A stretch of 56,652 nt of DNA, filler included, from Jimgerdemannia flammicorona (lineage: Eukaryota): the NCBI GenBank assembly GCA_003990765.1. It is 2 parts of 2 records of this genome, joined end to end, with 100 filler letters (N's around TTAATTAATTAA, not from the genome) between each part and the next. Parts side by side here need not be neighbours in the genome. Positions count along the whole stretch, not along the records: positions 1 to 28,278 come from RBNJ01000574.1; 1 more part is not named here. One strand, given 5' to 3'. Numbering within the stretch: the first letter of the stretch is position 1; each line of letters begins with the position of its first letter. Of the stretch, positions 13,479-25,416 are shown piece by piece. The notes beneath the pieces were generated by a model that saw nothing but the letters and a program-made list of their open reading frames with translations, did not search any database and was not told where the DNA came from. A program made the position numbers and the translations under genes.

Positions 13479-15759
13479 ATGGCCCTTCTTTGTATTTTTA
13501 TAAATAGTTGTGGGTTGGGTTCATTGTTGTTTTAAAAGTAATCGTAGAGATACATGGATAGTGTTCTCTTTCTAGACTAGTGGAATAAAGGAGTCCAAGC
13601 AACTATAAAAAAAAAAAAAAAAAAAAAAACTACCCTGACTACAAGGGTCACCCCTATAAGAATTCAAGACAAGATGGAAATGCATCCTCTCACATTCTAT
13701 GGATATACTACTGAAGAGTCAATCCTGATCTTCATTGAAGATTTTGAACAATTCACCACTATATGAGTCCTTGATGTGGATGCACAATTGGTCCTTCTAT
13801 CAGTCAGCCTCAGAGGACCTGCTAGAGATAAGTTCAATGCAGCCACTATTGCCAATAATGGTGCAGCCAAACTTGCCAACATAATGGCCTTCCTCAGAAC
13901 AATATATTATACTGAAGATATTAAGCAAGCTCTCAAGGATCAACTTAATATAATTTGCCAGAGACTTAGTGAAGATCCCAACTCATTCTATACCCAAATC
14001 TGCAACCAGATTGTCTTTGCTGGATATGATGACTGCCTTAAGGAACAAATAGTGGATTCAATCTTCCTCAAAGGAGTTCACCCTGAAATTGCCCTAGAAA
14101 TCTGATCTATCCCAGCTGCACTGACCCTTGATCAGAAAGTGGTCTTTACACAGAGATATTGGACTGCCAGACACTCTGCTGAACACTCAATGGAGAAAAT
14201 AACTGACATCAAGATAGAGCCATCAAAACCAACTAGTATCATACCTGCTACAGTTGTAAACAGATAACCAACCCCACCTATCCCAAGACAGCCAAAGCTG
14301 ACCCAGTGGAGGAACTCACCAAGCAGTTCACCAAGATGACTGCACACCTTAGTAATATTGTTAGAGAAGTCCAAAGTGCCAACAGAAGACCAGTGCAGAG
14401 ATTTGCAGCTGCTACAGAAGAATGTAATATTATATGCTTCAGATGTTAAGAAGAAGGCCACTATGTAAAGAATTGCATGACCAAAACAAGACATAAAGCC
14501 CAATCAAGCAATACTAGTAGAACCAGAGAACAAACCAATGCAGTAGTTATCAAGGAGATTGGTGATACTGATGATGAAGAATACTATAAGGAGCTCAAAT
14601 TCTACCCTGCTACTGAAGGTATCAGAACCCAGTCAAAGCCCTATGATAAGAAGAGTAACAGCAAGCCAGTTGGAAGACCAAAGAAGACCCCAGCTGTCAC
14701 TACTCAAAGCAAGACCCAACCCGAGGAGACAGATCAGGACATGGAGTTAGATGAAGCTGCTCACCAAATCATTGAAGGCATTACTCCAGTCTCAGGAGAA
14801 AGCAAAAGCAAGAAGGAACAGAAGCTGCGCAAGACTAAGATCCACCAGTATGATATCTACAAAGACCTCAAGGAATAGAAGGTCAATGCTACCTTTAGAC
14901 AGCTAGCTGAAGTCCCTGCCTTCAGACAGAGTTGAGAGTAGGACTTGCAACTACCACCAAGAATCAAGAGTACAAGATTGTAGAAGCTCACAATACACAG
15001 GAAGAATCTGAGAACTCAGGTAAAGAATCTAAAGACCAGTATAAGATATCAGCTTATACCCTATGTCAGATTGAAGACTGTATCTTTGATACCATCATTG
15101 ATACTGGTGCTGAAGGATGCCTCATGAGCAAGAAGGCAATTGACTATCTAGGCTAGGACATTGAAGAGTCCATCAAGATGGTCTATGTTACAGCAGATGG
15201 TATATGAGCTACCCCCCTTGGCAAAATCCAAGAAGTCCCCATTAAGATAAGAGGAGCTACTATCTCAGTAGATGTGATTGTTATAAGTGCCACCAACTAT
15301 GACATCCTCATTAGCAACTAATGTCTTCATAAGGCCAAGGCCATCATTGACCTCAATGCTCAGAAGATGCAGATCAACTACAGAGGAAGAAAGGTATAAG
15401 TCTCTATCAATGTCCACAAAGGAGTTCTACCAGACATGGAGGAAGAAGATGAAGAGGTCATAGAGGTCTTCATGTACTCAGTGAACAAGAATAAGAACAA
15501 GACACCCAAGCTCACAGATGAGCATTAGTACAACAAGATTATCGATGGCTGTACCCCTCAAGGAAGATGCCCCCATGGTTCTAGGATGTACTGTACTGAA
15601 TACCTGAATGACTGCTGGTCCTGTATCAGTGAAGTCAGGAAAATCTACCAACAGAAATATGAGCAAGAAGCTGCTGAAGCAAAAAAGAAAGCCGAAGAAG
15701 ATGACCAGCCCCCAGAGCTTCAAGCTGACAGTGACGATGAGGAGGAACAAGAATCAGAC

Positions 15760-16179
15760 ATCACCCTCAAGGTCAAGAAGTTTCACCCTGAAGCCAAGAT
15801 CTCAGAATATAAGACTGAAGGAGCCATAGGAATGGACCTTGCCAGCATTCAAGATGCTATACTTAAACCACAGACCACCACCCTACTTGGTACTGGAATT
15901 AGAGTCCAGCTGCCAGAAAACCATGCCAGAATTATCAAGACCAGGAGCAGTTTGGCCAAAAGTGAAATCTCAGTTGAAGGAGGAGTAATTGATCCTGATT
16001 ATACTAGTAAGATCTTCCTCATAGTCAGAAATCACAACTCCACCACTGCATTCGAAGTCAAGAAATACGATAGGATTGACCAGATGCTGATCCACATAAT
16101 CAAGAAGCCCAAGATCATAGAAGCCATCAAACTCATCAAGACCAAGAGAGAAGAACAAGACTTTGGATCTACTGGAAGA
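15760..16179 (+). pseudogene. dut: dUTPase domain between protease and RT in Gypsy element 1
   Basis: Trimeric dUTPase motifs GMDL, RSSLA, GVIDPDY, RIDQ and RE…FGSTG within ORF 15586-16302. Confidence 0.93.
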
Positions 16180-19100
16180 GGAGCCTATGCTGCCAATAAG
16201 ATTACTGAACTTGAGTACAAGAAAGACAAGGACCAGAACAAGTACACATATACTAGAGAAAACTTTCCCCTAGAAGAACAACTTCTCAAGGTCCTGCATT
16301 AGAATGAAGGAGTACTTGCTACAGACTTCAGTGATATCCACAATCAAGAACTCAAGTACTACCATGAAGTTGATACTGGCAATACCAAGCCCATCTACCA
16401 GAAAGCCAGACCTATACCACCTGCCTACAGAGAATGGCTGCAAGCAGAACTCAAGGAAATGGAAGAAGCCAGAGTCATCAAGCAAGCTATCAGCCCCTGG
16501 GCCTCACCCATTGTTCTTGCCCTGAAGAAAGGAAGCAAGCCTGGAGAGTTTGTACCAAGACTCTGTATTGACTACAGGAAGCTCAATGCCATCACCAAGA
16601 AGGATAGGCAGCCCTTGCTGAATATTCAAGAAATCCTTACCACTCTTGAGAGCAAAGCCAAATACTACACCACCTTGGATCTATTCTCAGGCTTCTATCA
16701 GATTGGTCTCACTCAAGACACCAGTGAGAAATCAGCCTTTATCACACCTGATGCCACCTATATCTATCTGTGAATGCCATTTGGAATGTGCAATGCCCCA
16801 GCAAGTTTTCAGCGAATGATGAACAGAGTATTCAGCAATGAGATTGGAAAATGGCTCTTTGTCTATGTTGATGATGTGATCACCTTCAGCAATATTGTAT
16901 GGGAATATATCAATCACATACAGCTAGCTCTCAAGAAGCTCAAGGAGTATGGCCTTTATATCAAGCCTAAGAAATACAAGTTTGCAGCTCAAGAAATCAC
17001 CTACCTAGGACACCTCATCAATCAGACCAGAATCCACATAGATCTCATGAAGATTGAGGCTGTTGCAGCCTACCTAAGACCCAGAACAACCACAGAAGTC
17101 CATGCCTTTCTTGGACTGGCCAGCTACTACAGAAGGTTCATCAAAGGATACTCTAACATTGCAGCACCTATCTACAAGCTACTGAAGAAGGAGACCAAAT
17201 TCAAATGGACCAAGGAGTACCAAGAAACCTTCAATGAACTCAAGACCAGGTTGACCTAAGCACCTATCCTCAGAAGACCAGATTGGAACCTAGAATTCAT
17301 CCTGCAGACAGATATAAGTACTATAGGACTAGGAGCAGTCCCAGCTCAGAAGAAAGATGGATATGAATATGTCATCTCCTATCCAAGCCGAGGTATCTGT
17401 GGAGTAGAACAGAACTACAAGTCATACAAGCTCAAATGCTTAGTAGTAGTTTGGGCAGTAGATAAGTTCCACTACTACCTAGCTGGGAAATACTTCACCA
17501 TTAAAACAGACCATTCTGCTCTTGCCTGGCTATTCCACACTCTGAACCCTAAAGGAATATATGTATATCAGATGGTTTTACAGGCTGTAAGAGTATGACT
17601 GTACTGTCAAGCACCACTCAGGAAGAACCAACACCAATGCTGATACACTCTCAAGGACACCCCAAAACACCCTCATCAAGACTATTCAACATGAATAAGG
17701 AGCTATACTATGGATTAATCAGCTATCTTGGGCAGCAGAAGATGCCCAACCACCTCAAACCCTGGACAATCACTATCATCAACTAGACTTAGAAATAGTT
17801 TGAACTAGATAACACTACACTCAGAAAAGTAGGAAAGCTAGTAATATCTGAACACAAGTATCAAGTAACGAAGGTAGTACACAAGCAAGGACACCTAGGA
17901 GGAATCAACACATACAACAAGGCAAGAAGAACCATGTAGTGGCCCAAGATGAAAGAAGACCTGTGCCAATTTGTCAAAGGATGTGATAAGTGCCAAAAAC
18001 AGAAACAAGATCACTAAGACCAGGTACCTGAGTCATTAAGAATTTAGCCTATCCCCTTCCACCACATCACAATGGATATCATTGAACCACTATCAGTAAT
18101 ATTATCAGAAAACTGCTATATTATAGTTATTGTAGACCTCTTCACCAAATAGATAGAGGCAGGAGCATTACAAGAAGCCAATGCCCTCTCTATAGCTTAT
18201 TTCCTACACCAAGAAATCATCTGCCACTACAAGACACTGAAGCAAATCACAAAAGACCATGGTATGGAATTTATCAATGGATTTCATAAGATAATGTATC
18301 AGAAATACACGATTCAGTACATCAAGACCACCATGTACCACTCTCAAGGAAATGGACAGACAGAGAGAACTAATAAGACTCTCAAGAACATCCTAGTAAA
18401 GATCTCAGAGACATATGAGAATTAAGATAATTATCTCCCAACTGTCCTCTCTGTCCTATGAGACATATGGTCACAGAGCACACACTTCACTCCAAGAGAG
18501 CTACTCTTCAGAGAAGAAGATTCTGATGAAACCTCAGCCACAAATCTAGACCTAACTTGGAGATGGGTTGATGCAGAAATCTGGAGACTACACTAAATCA
18601 GAAAGAAGGCTGAAGATTATATTATTAAGTCACAAGTGCTGACAAGGAAGAATGTGGAAAAGAATCACAAGGCCCTAGAACCATCTGAATTGGAGAAAAG
18701 GTCCTACTGTATTGAAATATGGTAGAAGCCTCATAGTTGTGAAAACTGGAGCCCAAATAGGAAAGACCCTTCTATGTTCAAGATATCAAGAGAACTACCT
18801 TCTGGTTTAGAAAAATCTCAGAAACCATACTGCCTACCATGGTACATAGGAACAGACTCAAGAAGTATCATGAACCTATACAAGAGAAGCAAAATGTGAT
18901 GACCACCCACAAGGTTCTAGTCTGTGAATCATAACAGCATGTTCCATGACTAGCAGGATATCTGTCTGGACAAATCTCTAAGGGATATGGCACTGGCAAC
19001 TACTCATCCATGAGACTTTAGAAGTTAGAGGAGTTTGAACTGTCCACTGATTGGTCAAGATCAGAATCAGGCCCTTGCTCTATATAAAGGGAGCAACCCT

Positions 19101-19247
19101 TCACCATTATGCCAAAATATAAAGAGAAGACATCAGCCCATAACTATCACTTTTTGACCCCTTGCCGGAGATTATGGGATCAGCAAATTTTTCAGAACTG
19201 GACCAATGAATAAGGACACTTAGGAAGATCCTTATTTAGGAGGAAGA

Positions 19248-20780
19248 TGTAATGGTGATCTCAGAATAATGACATCAGTATAGGAGACAGTCTTTTCTTG
19301 CAAGCTATCAGATTGGAGCACAAGAAGATCATACAGCATACAAGATGAGCAATGGTGACCAACTGTGAGTCATTGTGACCACAGTACAAGCATCTTGAGG
19401 AATATAAAAGAAGGATCAAGGAACCACAGTAATAGCAACCAATAAGACTCACCAATTCCAAAATAGCTCAAAGACTTACCACAAATAAAATGCCTGCTGC
19501 CTGCCAAACATCAAGGTTAAGGAACCACCAAGGCACCTCAGTTGAAGAAAGGATATTCCAAGACATCAGAAGAGCCATGAGGACCTGCTCAAGAAGGACT
19601 CCTAGTGTCACCTGGGTACTAGTGACCCTTACTACTATATCCTCTACTGCCATGAAATGGAAACAAGGATCACCATTGCTACCAAATACCTCCAAATGTG
19701 GCAGGAGTATGAAATAGGAAACCTCCTCTGCTGGGAGTTCCCACAGACCAGCCCCCAAGAGCTATAAGATGCCACTCCCATGGATATATGTGAGGCAAGA
19801 ACAGCTAAAAAGATCCATCAGATCTTCAGGCATACACCATGGTTGATCTCCAACTTGGAGTATGTTAGAGTCTCAGATTTCAGAGACCTGTCATCCCACT
19901 GTATCAATGCACTAGAAGCCAGGGTGGCTACAGAAACCCAGTCCACTATCACTCTCAACAGTGATGAAGTAGAAGACTTCTGGTATCCTATCCTCCAGGA
20001 CAACCCAAACCAATTCCTGCAAGGATTGATCTCAGTATTTCAAGGCCCAAGTATCCAGGTTAGACCTCCCCAGGACCCCACAATTGTTCCCAGAGAACCT
20101 CATAGACTGGAGAGCTCCAGATCTCCTTATTCCCACCACTGCCAAACATAATAATGTCATCAGCAATGACATCATCCCCCACGACATCGAAGCATGCAAA
20201 ACATGTGACATACATGAGATACACAATGAACCACACGAAGTATGTAAAATGTGTGACCTACACGATGAATTTGCAGACCTCATCTCCTTCAAAGATATCC
20301 TGACCTCTGATAATGAGGATGAAGCCTCTATGATCCTGAACATTCTGCTCTAAGTCTCCTGGTTACACTGAATAATGCCAGCACCAGCATTCTAAGGTGA
20401 TATGAAATTGTTCCAGCACTGGTATTCTGATGTAATACCAAATTATACTAACCCTGAAACATAGTAGTTTTTCCTGTTCTGGCATTTTATTTTAGTTATT
20501 GGAATTTATATTTAGCTTTATATCTTAGCAACAATGGAATTATATTTTATATAAATATCCCTCTTATTTCCTCTGAAATAAAGTCAGTCAAGTTCATTTA
20601 CACACACCTCCTTGCAAGCAATCTAAGAGATAACAAGACAGTTAAAGATAAGAAGTTTGAGGACTATAAGACCTTGGGAAGGCACTCCAATAAGAACTTG
20701 CTTATAACAAACTTGAGTTAGTCTAAGAGATATACCTTGAAGAGAATCTGGCATATTTGAATGACTCAGCAACTACTACA
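19248..20780 (+). repeat. Probable long (~1.5 kb) 3' LTR of Gypsy element 1
   Basis: Purine tract TAGGAGGAAGA lies directly before TGTAATGG at 19248. The end is CTACTACA at 20780. TATATAAAT near 20547 and AATAAA near 20577. No second LTR is available for confirmation; an alternative start is TGTAATA at 20431. Confidence 0.6.
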
Positions 20781-20790
20781 TGACAATATA

Positions 20791-21038
20791 TATATCTCTT
20801 ATTCTGTAATATAATGCAGCCAAATTTGGCTGCAAAAAAATTTTAAATTTTTAAATTTTTTTTTTGACTTAATATTTATTAAAAAAATTTTTTTGAAAAA
20901 GGTTAGGAAATTTGAAAAAAAAATTGAAATTTTTTTTTAATAATTTCATTTTTTTGATTTTCTTTTGATTTTAATAATATTTTTATAGTTTTTTTTTATT
21001 GCAGTCAAATTTGGCTGCATTACAGAGTAAGGGATATA
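20791..21038. mobile_element. MITE with ~35-bp terminal inverted repeats
   Basis: Left end TATATCTCTTATTCTGTAAT…GCAGCCAAATTTGGCTGC versus right end GCAGTCAAATTTGGCTGCATTACAGAGTAAGGGATATA. A/T-run interior. Confidence 0.75.
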
Positions 21039-21044
21039 TCTTAT

Positions 21045-21600
21045 TAATAAAGAGTGAAGTTTTAGATAAATTCAAAGAATTTAAAATAATTACTAAAAAT
21101 GAAACAGGATATAGAATATGTACTATTCACTTAAATAATATATATAAATATATCAAAAATATATTCAAGTAATATCTGAGAAAATAAAGTATATATCATT
21201 AGATAATATTATCATATATACAATAGCAGAATAGTGTGGCTAAGTAATTTAACTATATAGTATAGAAACAGTGAGAATAATTATCAATACAGCCAGATTA
21301 TTATACTCATATTAGACTGAAGCTATCAATATAGTAGAATATATATATAACTAATATATATTTTAAATATTAAGTAAAGAATCTAATAATAATAATAAGT
21401 ATTCCAGAAATAATTATAATCTTACTTCTGAAGATTTATAGAACAGAATGATGCTAGATATATTATATCTATATATATTCTGATATAATATATATATTTT
21501 TGATAAAAGTAATATCAATCAGTATAATTTTAAGCTAAAAGCCAGCAAATATATATATCTGAGTCAAAGTTACCTGAGCCAAAAATCAAGGATAGTATGA
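21045..21600 (+). mobile_element. Ty1/Copia integrase relic, heavily C-to-T/G-to-A eroded
   Basis: Hand translation gives KSEVLDKFKEFKIITKNETGYRICTI (Copia KSEVFxKFKEF…ENETG) and YTx*QNSVA (Copia YTPQQNGVAE). Confidence 0.7.
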
Positions 21601-22110
21601 CCTCTGATGACAACTAGAAGTTCTTCATGAAGAGTAAGCAAAAGTGCTCTAATATTTACTAAGAAACTTATACTAATTTAGAAAGTTATTAGAATATACT
21701 AGTAAGCTATAGATAGTAATATAAGGAATATATAAGCTATACCAAGATATATAAATATATATTTATTATAACTTTTAGTAAATCAAGTATATAATGAAGT
21801 GATAACTTCTCTTTTTTTATAGTTACTTTGACTTCACTCTTTATTACCCATTTAATCTATCAAGATATATATACAGTTCCCCAACCCACTATCCAATCCC
21901 CCTAGGGAGACTCCCACCCTCATATCCTCACAATTGAAAGTCACTCTGTTGTCAATCACAGCAACCCTCCCTCCACTCTACATATAGATCTTCTCTACTA
22001 ATCAGCAACAACAATCACCCTGCAGACCCCACACCAGTCACCAACCTGTCAGGACATCTTCTGCATTTCTTCTTTCTTTTTCTACACTCAGAACAGACTA
22101 TGCTAGGCGA

Positions 22111-24020
22111 ATTTCTTATTTTAATAATTTTGGAAGAATGCTCAGAACATTTGTGTCTTTTGAAACAGGTGGTACATTTTTTGATTTGTCCTGCTGTAAT
22201 GGCTCCAATACTAATAGAGATGGTATTCCTGGTCCAAACATTATCTTCTGACCTATCATCTACTAAGTTGATTTAGGAATTGAGTATGGAGTCATTTCCA
22301 TCTTCAGATTCTTCTTTTTCTTCTATAATAGAATCTTTACTGTAGACATACTCTTCCTAAATAGTGACTTTCTTCTTCTTTTTTGATTGCTCATAGCTGG
22401 TCACCTTAACTCTATACTTCTTGTCTCAGTAGTCAAATTTGAGTACTTATTGACCAATATTATCAGTTGTATTTATTTATTTCATTTAGTTGATACCAAG
22501 GATCATATTATAGATGACAGTTTCAGTGATAATTGTTTTTGGGATGAAAATCTGAATGTATCTCAGAGAGATACTGATGTTTTGTACTTCTCCAAGGAGT
22601 TGGGTTCAGACTCCATCTGCTACTATGATGCTGAGATTAGATGGTCCATCAAAGGGCTATTAGAGTGTATCCAGAATTGTTTGACAATAATACAGATTGT
22701 TGCTCTTATATCTATAAGGATTTTCACCTTTTGTCCTCTAATATCTCTATATAGGTGGGTGCTAATATGTCTTTCTGCAGCCTAGATAATAGTTGGAGCT
22801 AGTTCTTATTATAGAATTAGGACTCAGCTAGTGCTGGATCTGATAGTTCTCAATAATTCATTTTAGACTCTAGCAGTGTTAGTTGTAAAAACTGTAGAAG
22901 AGGAACTTCTATCTTGGCTTCTTGAATTTTTTGCTAGGCTTTATTGTAGATGTCTCTAAATATGGTCTTTGGAGTATACTTCTTCTTGGGCTTCAGGACA
23001 ACAGGCTCTTGTTCTTCTTACTATATTTCTTCATTCTCTAGAAGTAGTTCATTTGTTTCAGAGACAAAAGGTAAGAGAGATTAGAGAGGTGTTTCCACTT
23101 GTTCTTTCTTATATTCTTCATCTTCTTCCTAGATGATTCTTCTGCTGGTGTTTCTAGATGGTCTTCCTACAGATCTCCTCCTTTTTTCTGCTGGGTAAAA
23201 TGTCTTTTTAGTAATAACCTTAGCTGGGTATAAGTCTAGGTTACTGTAGTCTTCACTATAACTTTCTTCTTCAAAGTCTTCAATAGGGTAGGCTTCAGTC
23301 TTCTTGTACTGAGTTTCATTCTTTCAGTTTGAGGATTCTGAGTCTCATTAGTCACTTCTTCTATTATTATATTTAGTAGTACAGTGTCTGAATTGGCCAC
23401 AGTAAAAGCACTGAACTTTGGCTCTATTCCAGACAGAATATCTTCTTTCTTCTTACTAATAGCTCTTACTATCTCTGAGTAGATAATCTTGATTTCTTTG
23501 TGGTATATACTCTCTGTTATCTTGTGGATAGTTCTGATTTTTATATATAGTGAGTTTTTCAATCTGCCTAACTAATTGGTCTAGCTTGAAACTAAGGTCT
23601 TGGATTTCATTCCTATCTTTCTTCTATTTCTTAGCTGGCTTTCTTTATTCAGATCTTTTCTGTTCTTGGAGAAGTCTTTGTAGGAGTCCTTGTAGGGCTT
23701 TGACTAAGATATCCTCCTTATTATCCTTTTTATCATAGTTACTCTAGGTAGTTTCTTATCTAATATTGAAAAATTTTTAAGCTGTATCTACTTGCTCTTC
23801 AGACCTTCTGATATCTAAGGTACAGACATGCTGAGTAATGTTTGGGGGAATCCTATTCATGAAGGTCATTGGACCATTAATGTCTTAGTTAGTGGTATTG
23901 AATCTGACTGTATGTATTCTCTTTTAGATTTTTGTAAAGAATTCTCTGGGTGATTCTCTAAGATTCATTTTCATTTCTATGATAGATTCTTAAGCCTTGC
24001 AGTAGGTTTATTTTCTGCAT
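22111..24020 (-). mobile_element. Ty3/Gypsy gag-protease relic
   Basis: Minus strand gives gag-like ESPREFFTKI near 23950, similar to EDPNSFYTQI of element 1. Protease-like GQKVKILIDIRATICI…IIVADG…LLGEV…YNMILG at 22480-22750. Confidence 0.7.
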
Positions 24021-24029
24021 ACTTCTCAA

Positions 24030-24420
24030 TGAGCCAATGTATAAGCACACAACCTCTAAGCCACCAAAATCGCATGGCATCCTCAGAACTAATTTGGAAA
24101 CCACATGCGAGACTACAAAACAAGAGATCATCTGATTACACAAAATATACCAGAAAACACGAGAACCCACCACCAAGATATAAGAATACAAGAAGAAGTA
24201 CTACAACCATAAGACTGATGCTGAACTGCTATAACTAGTTTGGTATACTATACTATTACAAAAGGAAACTGAAAGTACCAAGCTCAAATTAGGACAAGAA
24301 GAACCCTATCTCATCTACCAAAAGGTTCACAAACTGCACTTATCAACTCAAGACCAAGATATACTGCGACTATACAAAACCTCATTACTTAGCAGAAGCA
24401 AAATGCATTTGAACAACTCT
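24030..24420 (+). mobile_element. 3' end of a Gypsy integrase (GPY/F region)
   Basis: QEII*LHKIYQK…TKLKLGQEEPYLI matches the element 1 integrase tail (EIWRLH*IRKK…) and the KL…GPY consensus. Confidence 0.65.
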
Positions 24421-24902
24421 GTTCACTCTATCTGTGTCACCTCTGTCGGAGAGTGACAGATGCTTCATCTGAACTCAAGAAAGCCGACAACGTCGAAACC
24501 AATCTCAAGCCATCCACGTGACAAATATTACTACTAGAAATTGTCTTGAATTACAGAAAATATCATTTCCGAGAGGTTCGAACCCCCAGCCGCGACTTTG
24601 GGAGCCCTCACCCTAGACGAGAATGGCCAGTCCTCGCAAATGCACCAGCAGACCAAAAAAAAAGAGAACCAAGACCTGTTATCCTTGTACAACCACCACC
24701 ACCAAGGATAGCCTTAATCTTGCAAGAGATAGAAGTGACGACACCTTTGAAACTAGTGACATCAGAAGTCAGAAAACTACTCAGACTTTGCTAGTGATGA
24801 TGTCATCAATGGTGATGTCATCGAAGACTACCCAGATAGCGCCTAAACCTATAAATAGCCTAGCAGTCATAGTATAGTTAGATTAGCCTTGTATGACGTA
24901 AC

Positions 24903-25401
24903 TGTAAACTGACTCAGCAGTCAGACGATCTCTTAATATGTCAGATCACTCTTGTACTATGTGACTGTATTCCAACTCAGCAAAGCACTTAGTGCTACAT
25001 CCATATTTAGCATAGACCAGATAGCCCCTCACTAGTATAAATACTCCCTCCCCCAGACCTCAGAATCTCAGACTTGAACAATCTGAACACAACTCCTGAG
25101 CACTTCCCCACAATATCCCTTCATACAACTACTCCTAGTATAGCAATATCATGAATAGCAAATAAACCTATTTAATAACCCACAAACCACTCTTAAGTAA
25201 ATCTGCTCCCTGTTAGGTCCTACTCCTAACCCCGTCACGAAATTTCCTAATTGGGTATTGTCTGCAGCGATACGCCAATTCAACTAAGCTGGTCTTAGTT
25301 TCTTGAACTTCCTGAAATATGGAAAATCCAGAACATCCAGAATATCCAGAAAACCTTTCCAGAACTACGTAATGGTCACCCTAAAAAGTAACCCTCTTAC
25401 A
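24903..25401 (+). repeat. LTR of Gypsy element 2 (left boundary uncertain)
   Basis: TATAAATA near 25036, AATAAA near 25161, and a terminal CTTACA at 25401 followed by a PBS. Confidence 0.6.
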
Positions 25402-25404
25402 ACT

Positions 25405-25416
25405 TGGTAGCAGCGG
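25405..25416 (+). promoter_or_regulatory. Primer-binding site complementary to the 3' end of initiator tRNA-Met
   Basis: TGGTAGCAGCGG begins 3 nt after the LTR terminal CA and resembles the tRNAiMet PBS type TGGTAGC…. Confidence 0.75.

Larger units (their letters stand above)
7814..13629 (+). mobile_element. Full-length L1/Tx1-like LINE copy B with poly(A) tail
   Basis: Conserved 5' end, ORF1 and ORF2 with GVPQGDPLSP, AFADD and a C-terminal CxxC…HxxxxC zinc motif (CEWC…EHVLTAC). AATAAA near 13584, then AACTAT and 23 A (13607-13629). Confidence 0.95.
13630..20780 (+). mobile_element. Ty3/Gypsy LTR retrotransposon 1, decayed, 5' LTR missing; order gag-PR-dUTPase-RT-RNaseH-IN-LTR
   Basis: Gag 13776-14105. 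CCHC knuckle CFRC*EEGHYVKNC near 14434. Protease IIDTGA near 15095. RT motifs SPWASP, LCIDYRKLN, MPFG, YVDD, FLGLASYYRRFI. RNase H motifs LQTD and TDHSAL. Integrase 17800-18870 with GNGQTERTNKTLK. Confidence 0.95.

Noticed and set aside
21876..22110. C-rich stretch resembling a minus-strand LINE 5'/ORF1 fragment
   Set aside because: Only compositional and weak similarity to ~49500-49570; not enough to call.
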